From NCBI RefSeq assembly GCF_000143415.4, contig NW_003314308.1, positions 310,001 through 374,000 of the forward strand: a stretch of 64,000 bases of DNA. The letters are read 5' to 3'. The stretch comes from Selaginella moellendorffii. Its lineage: Eukaryota; Plantae; Lycopodiophyta. Of this stretch, positions 50,501 through 64,000 are shown in pieces. Numbering within the stretch: the first letter of the stretch is position 1; every line of letters begins with the position of its first letter. The notes under the pieces are model-generated. The model saw only the letters and a list, made by a program, of their open reading frames with translations, had not been told where the DNA came from and did not search any database. Position numbers and translations under genes: made by a program.

Positions 50501-51853
50501 AGAAGGCTCCGATGAAGATTTTGAAGAAGAAGAGGTTTGTAGCGCATGCAATGGAACAAAATATGGTGAGTTCTTTTTCAGACACCCGAAGTATGTCCCA
50601 GTGGATGCGAGGAGTCCCTGTATGCAAGCGTGCTTGCTCTACGTGAAAGACGTCTTGACGTCGACGAAGCCCTCGTGGAGAACGTGAAACTTCTAGACAG
50701 TAAGATCTTTCTTGTGTTTACGTTTCGCTTTGCTAACATCGGTGTGCCACAGGCATGCAAAGAGAGAAAGAGACGAAGTTGAAGAAGAAAAAAGGAATAG
50801 ACGTTGCTCTCGAGACAATCAAACGCGAGCTAGGGGAGTTTCAGAAACAGAAGCAGACTGCCTTGAATCAGATCGACGTCGCAGTCACACTTTACATGCA
50901 TCAAGTAAGTTAGTATTCTCCCCTTGTCGTTGATTTCCAGCTTACTGGCGTGCCACAGGTCGAGTACATCGAAAATGCCGCGATTCCCAAAGACCTGTCC
51001 GGTGGCCTCGTCTTTACAAACGCCTCGTTGAAGCAACTGAGAGCGACGATTGAGAGGCACGTAGCCGAGAAGGCGGCACTGAGGAGATTGCAAAAGGACC
51101 TGCGAAAGGAGTACGCGGCACTGGTCCGTGAACGAAAAGCTGAGGAAGAAAACACTACCGATACGGAGCAAAGAGTCATTGACGTGCAAATGCTCAGATT
51201 TGGACAGGTTTGCCAAGCTTTTCCAATTTTTTTTCTTTTCCTCGCTGGTGTTTGCTTATTGGTATTTCCAGGTGATTGACCTCTCCGTTGTGGAGCTTAT
51301 ACGTGTCAGGAGGGACACTTTAGAGCTTAAGGATAGAGTCAAGCAGCAAGAAGCAGAGTACAGTGCCGAGCTTGGCGAGTTGAGCCGCAATTTGGACGAT
51401 GCCACTGACGAGCTTGCACGTAAGTTCTAGTTTTGTCCATCTAGCTTGAATTTCTTTCCTTCTCTTTTCCTGGAACAAACAGGTGCTATGCGAGAAAACT
51501 CAGCCTCGCTGTACACAATAGCTGATCTTCAGGAGAAACGCAATGCCATTGAAGCGGCAAGTCACAGACATTTCCCTCTCGCTGCTAAGTTTTTCTCACG
51601 GTTGTCTCTCGCAGAGCATGAAAATCAAAGCGAGAGCCACATTCCGAGATCCGCTGATCGAAAAGCGTCGAGACGCAGCAGAGCAAGAGCGATTGCGCCA
51701 GGTACTCACAAATCTAAGATGAAAAAAAAGAAAAATACTCACGAAGAAAACTCTCGGCTTGTACAGATTGTTGTCCGGAACGCTCAAGTCATGGACAGCC
51801 TCGAAGGCCAATTAAACTACGCCCACGACAACTTCGAATCAATCTTCCCATAG
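44595..51853 (+). CDS. CFAP44: Cilia- and flagella-associated protein 44 (WD40 repeats plus coiled coil), many short introns
   Basis: SFGFE|GTRRNNI, GGYPDYWLTVWDW...RAKAFSQEV, LLTSGVGHIRFWNMASTFTGMKLE, YSIEDDKQKTE, GDFKLKTDLTYVPP, C-terminal MLRFGQVIDL. Confidence 0.88.
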
Positions 51854-51958
51854 CAAACGAGCTCGGCTTGATTGTTTGATTGTCTTTCGAAGGCTTATAC
51901 AACAACAAAACGGCTTATAAGTAGCACACGTATATCAACGACTCACCGGGAGAGAAGT

Positions 51959-53695
51959 TCACTCGTAAAGCTTCTCGGCAAGGCGCGGCGTCGCAACAGC
52001 TTGGACAGGATTCGCCATGAACGTCACGACACCCGGACGCTCCGTGAGGTCGATCTTCTCGGGCTTCACTCCCGGCGGTGGTGCCCAGGAGAATTGGTGG
52101 AGGAGCCGAGCAACCATGAGCTGGACCATGTTGAGACCGAGCTGAGCTCCCGGGCAGATCCTCCGGCCAGCGCCGAAAGGTAGGAGCCTGTAGTCGTGGC
52201 CTTTGATATCAACGTCCTCTTCCAGGAACCGCTCGGGGCGAAACACCGACGCTCGCTTCCACACCTTGGGGTCTCGCCCGATCGCGTAAACGTTGACGTG
52301 AACGATGGTCCCTTTGGGGATGTCGTAGCCTCCGATCTTGACGCGGGTGGTGGCCTTGTGTGGGAGCATGAGCGGCGTCGTTGGGTGGAGCCGGAGTGCC
52401 TCTTTGACGATGCTCTGGAGGTATGGCAGCTGCTGGACGTCCACCTCGGTGATGATCCGCTCCTTTCCGATCACTCGGTCCATCTCCTCGTGAGCTTTCT
52501 CCTGGACTTTCGGGTGCTTGATGATCTCGGCCATCGCCCACTCGGCTGATATGGCCGTGGTGTCCATCCCCGCGGTGATCATGTCCTGGAAATACACGAA
52601 GAACAGACCGTCAACTTTCGAGCTCCAAGTTCTAGCAAGAAAGATATCTCGCAGAAGGAAGTTCTTACCCAGAGGAGGCCGATCACGGTGGTCTCGCTGA
52701 GACCATACTGGTCCTTGAGATTGAGCAGCGCGTCCACGAAGTGTTCCTGGCTCGTCCCACTCTTCTTCTTCTCCAGCGCGTGCTCTTCCATGATCTCCTT
52801 GGTGAGGCTGTCTCTCCTGGCGCCGTGCTTGGCGAATTCCTCCTCCTGGAGCGGGAACATCCAGCGGATGAAGGAGATGTGCTCCGCCATGGTGAGCGAC
52901 GCCCCGAGCTTCATCCCCTGCGAGATGATCGCCTTAAACTCCACGCCCTGCGGCAGCATCTCTCCATTCTCGTCCACGAACCTCTTCCCGAAGACGATCC
53001 TCGTGATGTTGTTGAACGCCACCGCCGAGACGTAGTTCTTCACGGTCACCGCCGCGCCACCATTGTTCTTCACGTCCTGGAAGATGGACTTCACCATAGC
53101 GCCCACTTCCTCCTCGCGGATCCATCGCAGGGACTCGAGTCTCTTGGGCGTGAAGAGCTCCAGCGTACACAGCTTCCTCACCTTCACGAATCCATCACCA
53201 TTGTCAGCGAAGAAGGAAGAAGGAAGAAAGAAATTCTAGAGTTCTCACAACCCTTCTCACCTTGACATAGTGGTCGCCATAGTCGGCCCAGATGAGATCC
53301 TGGCCGTTCCTGGAGAACCTAGCAGCAGCGCGCGTGAGCGGCCGCGATGCGAGCTCCTTGTCCTTCTCCTTGAGCACCTCCTTGGCGAGCTCGGCATTGG
53401 AAATTACCACATTGAGATTCGTCCCCATCCACACTGACATGATCGGCCCGTGCTTCTCCGCCCAGTCCATGAAGCATCGAAATCTCACCGGCGACACGCG
53501 ATGGAGGCTCCCGATGATCGGCCATGGCTTTGGCCCCGGCGGTAGCCGCGGCCTCGAGAGGAGCTTGAATGTAAGGTAGACCAAGAACAAACCCACGGGA
53601 ATCGTCCAAGTCGAGTAGCGATGGCCGTGATCCGGCGGCACGAACTCCGTGTAGTGGTGATGGTGGTGGTGATACGCTTCCGCCGAGGGATCCAT
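51959..53695 (-). CDS. CYP98A: Cytochrome P450 CYP98A (p-coumaroyl ester/amide 3'-hydroxylase), 3 exons (53695-53261, 53181-52669, 52585-51959), 524 aa
   Basis: [61 protein letters not shown], heme motif [15 protein letters not shown]. Confidence 0.96.
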
Positions 53696-53859
53696 AGCCA
53701 GAGCTCTGCAGTGAATCTAAAGCAAAGAGCGCATAAACCCTAGAAGCTCGATCTAACGGTCTTAAAAGGCCCACGTGGATAGCGCTTGGCGTTAGGTGTG
53801 GAATGGAAGGTAAAGGTCTTTTTATAAATTTAAAGCCTTGACTTTGGCGGGAAAAGATA

Positions 53860-55400
53860 TTTTAGGGCAGCTTCAATGCGTTGGAGGAGATCAAGAACGC
53901 GGCACGCCGCTCGCGTCCCTTGATTCTCTTCGCCGTGGATCTCACAGGCAGCGAGCAGCGTCCTCCATGCGACGGCGTCTTCTTTTCTTGTAATCCGAGC
54001 GAGCTCCTCCGCTTCGTCGAGCCGCTTCACCCGGCCCAGGGTTTGGAGACGCTCTGGCAGCCGCTCCAGGTGGAAATTCATGGCCATGGAGTCGGGATCA
54101 CTGCCGCGCAGTAGCATCTCGCAAGATATTTCGATATCTCGCTCGCAGTCCCCGCTCTGCGCAATCGCGGTGATCAAGACGTTCCATGACACGGAGTCCA
54201 GCTCTTGCGCCGAATCGCTGTTCCTGGCGCTGTCGAGCAGGCCATTGTGCGCGTAAGTGCTCGCCATCGCATTCCAGGTGAGAATATTTCGCTCTGGAAT
54301 CTGTGTGAAGCTCACGATCGCTTCCTCTATCAGGCCGTTCTGCCCGCACGCGACGATCATCAAGTTCCACGACAAGAGATCCCTCCCAGGAATTCTGTGG
54401 ATCACGGCTCTGACCTCTTCGATCTACTGTCCCCGGTGAGCAAACGCCGAGAGCAGCCAGCTCCAAGACGCCAGATCTCTGTGTCTCATCGCATCAAACT
54501 GGAGCTTGCCGTCCTCGACCGATCCAGCTCGAGCAAAGGCTCTGATTCTCAGAAACCAGGCTCATCTGACAACGATCTCGTGGGCGGCATGGGCATCGCA
54601 TCTCGAGTAGGCGGCAATCATCGCGTTCCAGGATCTGGCGAAAGAAGATTTTCTGGGTGTTCTTCACATCGCCGCTCTCGGCATAGGCCTGGATCATCGC
54701 GGTGAGCACGACGAGATCGTGCTGCGGCATCCTCTCCACAACCTCTCGGGCCAGCAGGCGCGAGTAGGAACTCACCAGCGCGGTCCAGGACACGGCATCT
54801 CGCTGAGGAGCAGCGTCGAAGGTCTGTTTCGATCGATCATCCTGGCTGCTAACCGAGATCATCGTGTTCCAGGACACTCGATCCCACATTGGCATCGCCA
54901 CGAAGATCTCTCGCGCCTCGTTGCCATCGCAATCTCTAGCCGCGAGTAGCAACAGCGCGTTCCAAGAGAATCCATGTCTCTTGGGCATGGCCAAGAACAA
55001 GCTCCTCCCCTCGCAAAGATCCCCCCTCTGGGCATATGCCTGGAACATCAAGTTCCACGTTACTAGGCTCTTACAGCACCAGAGATTCCGGAATACGTCC
55101 AGCTTGGCAGTACGCCCCAAATGATCCTTGTCCACGTGTTGGAATCTCGCTGTGCATTTAGAGCACATTCCAAATTCCCTGCCTGGGGATATGCGTGGAG
55201 GACGGTGTTCCAGGCGCAAGGCATCTTCTCAAAAACTTCCATGGCATCCCCAAGATTCCCAAGAGATACAATCTTGGCGGGGCATATTCTCCAGGATTCT
55301 GGCATATGCCCATATGCCGCAACAGTGATATTCCGTGATATTCGATAGTGTAGGAGACGTTCCTAGCGCCGTACAGTCTCCCGAGCTTACCGTACATTTC
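53860..55400 (-). pseudogene. PLS-class PPR pseudogene, paralog of the PPR at 63079
   Basis: VSWN/VSWT repeats spread over several frames; several deletions relative to 63079-64000. Confidence 0.85.
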
Positions 55401-55646
55401 AACGAGCGCGTTGGAGAGGAATGTATTGTCTCTGAGCTCTGGAGTGGAGAAAATCTCCTCATGAATCGCCGATGGAGAGGAGAAATCTCTAGATATATAT
55501 TTTTTATTTTAAACATTTACCTTGTTTACGTGCACGCAGTAATATTCCAACAATATTCCGACAGCCAGATAAATCATACTTTTACTTGAATGTCCACTTA
55601 GGGTTCTAGAATATTTTCAAACAAGAAGTAGAGAGAGAGAGGGACG

Positions 55647-56987
55647 ATGGAGCGCAAGATTTCGATCGCCGACACAATTCTCAAGGACGATCCCTCGAAT
55701 GCAAAGGCGATCCTCTCAAAGGCAAACGCGCTCGCTGAGCTTGGAGAGTACCGGCTCGCCCTGGCCACTCTTGATGAGGCGCCATCGATGGACCAGATCC
55801 AAGAACTCCAGGCGGCCGCTCAAGAATGGGACAGGCAGAGCACAGTCGGACGCTTCGATCTATCGGCCTATATTCTCAGCGGATGCCAGGACGATGTCAA
55901 GTTTGGGAATTTCGTTGGTCCAGGGACGATCGTGAGCGTGCCGGGCAAGGGTCGCGGCTTCATTGCCACCGAGGACGTGGAGGCCGGCCAGATTCTCCTC
56001 TGCGAGAACCCCATCGTCTTCAGGTATGTAGTTTCGATCGATTTTGCACCCGATCCGGCCAAAGACTGATTCTTTCTTTCTCCCGCCGATCCGCGCGGCA
56101 GCTATGGATCGTTCGACATGAACCAGCTCAAGGCGTCGCTCCAGGAGGCGGCAAAATCTCCCAAATTGATGACGAAGCTCATGGCTATGGAGGGCACCAC
56201 GATCCCAGCGATGGCTATCTTCACGCCCAACTCAGGTGTGGTGGATCTTGGCAGCGCCAAGCCGATCGCACTCCAGCGGCTTATGAAGATCGTAGTCGAC
56301 AAGATCACCTGGGGACATCTCTACTGCGCGCGCAACGGGATGCTTCGTCCACAGGCATTCTATGGCCTCTGGCCGGTGCTCGCCTTCGTCAACCATTCGT
56401 GCTCCTACAATGCCTCGATCGCCTTGGTTGGCCAGGCAATGTTCCTCGTCGCCAGCACCAGGATCCGGCGTGGGGAGGAGATCGTCTTCTCGTACGTTGA
56501 TCCGTGCCAGCCATACTTCAATCGCCACAATGTGCTCGGCTTCCAGTGTAGCTGCCGCCGCTGCTTGCTAGAGCTCCAGCGCCCCGCCATCACCAAGCTC
56601 AAGGCTAAGTTCACACAAGCCTGCCAACACTACGAGTCTGGAGAACGCAGCACTCTTGCGGCCATGGCCAACGACGCCAAGAAGTTGGCGAGAAAGGAGG
56701 GAGATAAGCTCGCCAAGGCATGGATTCGCACCATCTTCTGGGTGTGCTACCGCGTCAACCTCGGCCAGGAAAAGGCTGCCATCTCCTTCGATGATGCCTG
56801 GGAGCTCCACCGGGAATGCACTCCCGGCCAACTCGGCCAGCTCTCTTTCATCGTCAAGCGTCAACGCCGCGCCTGTGAGCCGATCAACAAGTTTGATGTT
56901 CTGAGAGCCTTCTCTCTAGGATTCCCGATCGTAGCTGTCGAGGACGAGGCTGTGGCTGCAGCCATCCTTAACTTAGTTCCCGCATAA
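55647..56987 (+). CDS. TPR plus split-SET lysine methyltransferase (SMYD/ATXR1-like), one intron 56024-56101
   Basis: TPR-like N-terminus; GKGRGFIATEDVEAGQILL; GLWPVLAFVNHSCSYNA; GEEIVFSY; post-SET GFQCSCRRC. Confidence 0.88.
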
Positions 56988-57009
56988 CGGTATGATTTCA
57001 TCTGTTTTA

Positions 57010-57076
57010 CATTTGTTTCATACAGCTCTTGACAATTCTCCCATTTGTTTCATACAGCTCTTGACAACTCTCCCAT
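57010..57076. repeat. 32-bp tandem duplication in the intergenic region between convergent genes
   Basis: CATTTGTTTCATACAGCTCTTGACAA(T/C)TCTCC x2. Confidence 0.9.
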
Positions 57077-57158
57077 CTTTAGAACACTACCGCTAATGGT
57101 ATGGTATGAGTTTTTCTTTTTATTCTTGTTTCGTTCAGCTCTAACAGTTATCGCATTT

Positions 57159-61111
<3,953 letters not shown>

Positions 61112-62639
61112 GTTTGATTTAGGGTTTAAGGGTTTTGCCTTTTAAATGGCAAAACTTTAGGGCAGGCACTATGCTTAGAATATTCTGCTATCGCGAGAGA
61201 GAGAGAGAGAGAGAGATGATGCGGCTTCACGAGTTTGGAGCTTTTGGTCATGGCAGAGTGTCAATGAATCTCTTTCAAAGTCCCTTTATTGGGTGCCTCA
61301 TTCATATAGATGCTTGAGATAGGTGATCCAAATATCTTCGGTTCGTGTTGGCTGGCTATGTTAGTTAGCAGAAGATTGCTTGGGTACGCTCAGCCTAGGG
61401 TTATAACAGAGGTCTGCTCAACTAGCTGACTCAATCCCTGTGCAGCCGAGCAGAATGAGAGTGCCACGGTCTTAATGCAGCCAACCCTTCACATCTACAG
61501 GGACATGAGATTCTCCAATCCTTCTTGGATGTTCTCTGCCTAATGCTAGTCTTGTTGAAGCTCTTTGTCCGCTGCTGCTGAATGAAGCTCCAGCTTCAAC
61601 TACTTACTTCAGCCAATCTCAGAATGTTTACTCGCCTCCAGGCTTCATGGACAGCCTCACCAGCAGCAACACCCGAGGCCAAGCGGCAGAGAATGCAGTG
61701 TGGACTCCCACAAGTTCTCTTCAAGGTATAGAATTTTTTTTAGCGAGAGACTTTTACACCAGACTTGATAAACCGATCACGATGGATGGTTGCTCTATAC
61801 GCTCAACATTTTGAAATACTGGTGATGGCTGAGCAGTGACAGTGCTCAGCCATAGCTAAACCAATGCAATGACAAACTTCTTTCTTTTTATTTGGATTGC
61901 TAGTAATACTTTCGAGTTTTGAAAGTAAGTCACTTAGTTCAGTCTTCTTATCTGATGGAAAGTCCTCTACAGCTGTGTCAGAGCTGTTCTTATATCCAAT
62001 TTCACCTTAGATTTGAACTTTCATTTTACAGCATAATTGAAACCCACTCATACTTACAAGAACTTTCCATGGTTTGGACCATGGAACCCGAACCAAAGAT
62101 GCATAAAGCATCTTCATCCATGATAAGAACGAAAAAGTTACCCATGAATGGAATGCTCTCAAAGTAAAAAGCTTGGATGACCATTGATCCCAGCAAGTGG
62201 TGTCCATCGAATATTTCTTCATCTAGCTCAGGCATTGGCTCAATGGTTTTCAAAAGCCACTAGCTATCCAGTTCCGCGCTACCTGGGGGAATGGCGAACA
62301 CAATCTCGAACACCATTTGAATCACAGCACTCTTTGGTCATTGCTACCTTGAATGCACTGCTTGAGATTGGCCAAAGCTTGTTCAGCCATGTTTCTAAAG
62401 GACGGATCCATGTCCTTATGGTGTAGGAAGCGATCTCCAGTTCTTGCATAGCCTACCAATCTGACTGCAGCCTAGCCGAACAGTCACAAAACCCTAAATC
62501 GCAGCCAGCAAGAATTTACGTATTTCCTTCATGTTTTCGTCAAAAGATTCTGTTAGATTCCACAGAATCAATACATATAATGTACACAATGACCATATTA
62601 TCATTGGTACAAAAATCCCCTGGGTTTAACACGAGGATC

Positions 62640-63000
62640 GTGCGCTTGGCGAATTCCTCCTCCTGGAGCGGAAACATCTAGCAAATGAAGGTGCTCCACC
62701 ATGGTGAGGGACGCATCGAGCTTCATCCCCACCTTAAACTCCACACCCTGCGGCAGTATTTCTCCAAGCTCGTCCACGAATCTCTTCCTGAAGACGATCC
62801 TGGTGATGTTGTGAAATGCCACTGCCGAGACATAGTTCTTTGCGGTCACAGCCACGCCACCATTGTTCTTCACGTCCTGGAAGATCAAATTTAACATAGC
62901 AACCTCGCGGATCCATCGCAGGGACTCCGTGTCTCTTGGGCGTGAAGAGCTCCAGACTGCACAGCTTCCTCACCTTCACGAACCCATCGCCATTGTCAGA
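62640..63000 (-). pseudogene. CYP98A exon-2 fragment (degenerate duplicate)
   Basis: [14 protein letters not shown]...[32 protein letters not shown], plus part of intron 1; frameshifts; exon 1 and exon 3 are missing. Confidence 0.92.
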
Positions 63001-63078
63001 AGACCTCTTGCTCGTGGATAGCGAGTGGCATCTCTTTTGTATTTTTTTTTAATTTTAAAGGCCTGGCGGGAAGATATT

Positions 63079-64000
63079 TTAGGGCAGCTTCAATGCGTTG
63101 GAGAGGAGAATGTAAGGTGATCCATTCTCCGGCTCTAGATCAAGAACGCGGCACGCCGCTCGCGTCCCTCGATTCTCTTCCCCGTGGATCTCACAGGCAG
63201 CGAGCAGCGTCCTCCATGCGACCGCGTCTTCTTTTCTTGCAATCCGAGCGAGCTCCTCCGCTTCGTCGAGCCGCTTCACCCGGCCCAGGGCATCGATCAG
63301 GCAGTGGAGATGCTCTGGCAGCCGCTCCAGGTGGAAATCCGTGGCCATGGAGCTGAAGAGATTGATCGCGTCTTGGATTTTCCCGGCATGGCCACATCCG
63401 GTGAGCATCGCGAGGATCGTCACGGCGTCGGGATCACTGCCGCGCAGCAGCATCTCGCGAAATATTTCGATATTTCGCTCACAGTCCCCGCTCTGCGCGA
63501 TCGCGGTGATCAAGACGTTCCATGACACGGAGTCCAGCTCCTGCGCCGAATCGATGATGTTCCTGGCGCTGTCGAGCAGGCCATTGTGCGCGTAAGCGCT
63601 CGCCATCGCATTCCAGGTGAGAATATTTCGCTCTGGAATCTGTGTGAAGCTGACGATTGCTTCCTCTACCAGGCCGTTTTGCCCGCACGCGACGATCATC
63701 AAGTTCCACGACAATAGGTCTCTCCCAGGAATTCTCTGAATCACGGCTCTGGCCTCGTCGATCGACTGTCCCCGCTGAGCATACGCCGAGAGCAGCCAGC
63801 TCCAAGATGCCAGATCTCTGTGGCTCATCGCATCAAACTGGAGCTTGACGTCCTCGACCGATCCAGCTCGCGCGAAGGCTCTCAACATCAGATTCTCGGA
63901 AACTAGGCTCCTCTGAGGCATCGCTGCAAAGATCTCGTGGGCGGCATGGGCATCGCACCTCGAGTAGGCGGCAATCATCGCGTTCCAGGACACCGCATTC
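63079..64000 (-). CDS. PLS-class PPR protein ending in an E-domain-like segment (5' part beyond the window)
   Basis: Open 304-aa frame with SWN repeats, PDAVTILAMLTGCGHAG, HLHCLIDALGR, WRTLLAACEIHG, LEPENGSPYILLSN; no DYW motif. Confidence 0.9.
   Translation of the reverse strand, partial: NAVSWNAMIAAYSRCDAHAAHEIFAAMPQRSLVSENLMLRAFARAGSVEDVKLQFDAMSHRDLASWSWLLSAYAQRGQSIDEARAVIQRIPGRDLLSWNLMIVACGQNGLVEEAIVSFTQIPERNILTWNAMASAYAHNGLLDSARNIIDSAQELDSVSWNVLITAIAQSGDCERNIEIFREMLLRGSDPDAVTILAMLTGCGHAGKIQDAINLFSSMATDFHLERLPEHLHCLIDALGRVKRLDEAEELARIARKEDAVAWRTLLAACEIHGEENRGTRAACRVLDLEPENGSPYILLSNALKLP

Noticed and set aside
53650-53675. His6 tract at the CYP98A N-terminus suggesting a synthetic tag
   Set aside because: It sits in a native intron-containing gene with no vector sequence; a natural low-complexity extension.
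20790-53695. Possible biosynthetic gene cluster (UGT, aminotransferase, CYP98A)
   Set aside because: The UGT is a fragment, and the genes are far apart and interleaved with housekeeping genes.
55647-56987. GC-rich, nearly intronless TPR-SET gene as a horizontal transfer
   Set aside because: Plants have native TPR-SET proteins, and neighbouring CYP98A and PPR exons are similarly GC-rich.
61300-62470. Coding-like fragments on the minus strand
   Set aside because: Interrupted by stops; no family recognised.

Overview
Eukaryotic plant DNA with very short introns, most consistent with the lycophyte Selaginella (inferred from the Bowman-Birk inhibitors, PLS-type PPR genes, a flagellar CFAP44 gene and telo-boxes). 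The left ~37 kb is a stack of mobile elements. A Ty3/gypsy element that keeps only gag and integrase is split by two copies of a coding-dead LTR family (B1, B2), and a third copy (B3) lies at 25.5-33.0 kb. B1 carries a 3.26-kb insertion, absent from B2 and B3, that encodes a spliced Crypton/DUF3504-type tyrosine recombinase; this is the most unusual item in the window. A ~13-kb-offset duplication carries two Bowman-Birk protease inhibitor genes whose differences are almost all non-synonymous and hit the reactive loops. One copy has a Helitron insertion, and the other copy shows the empty site. The right ~26 kb is very gene-dense: DUF4057, LYR-motif protein, KAE1, ISS1/VAS1, CFAP44, CYP98A, TPR-SET, alanyl-tRNA synthetase, and a duplicated CYP98A-PPR block with reciprocal pseudogenisation. 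All calls were made by eye; no database searches were run.
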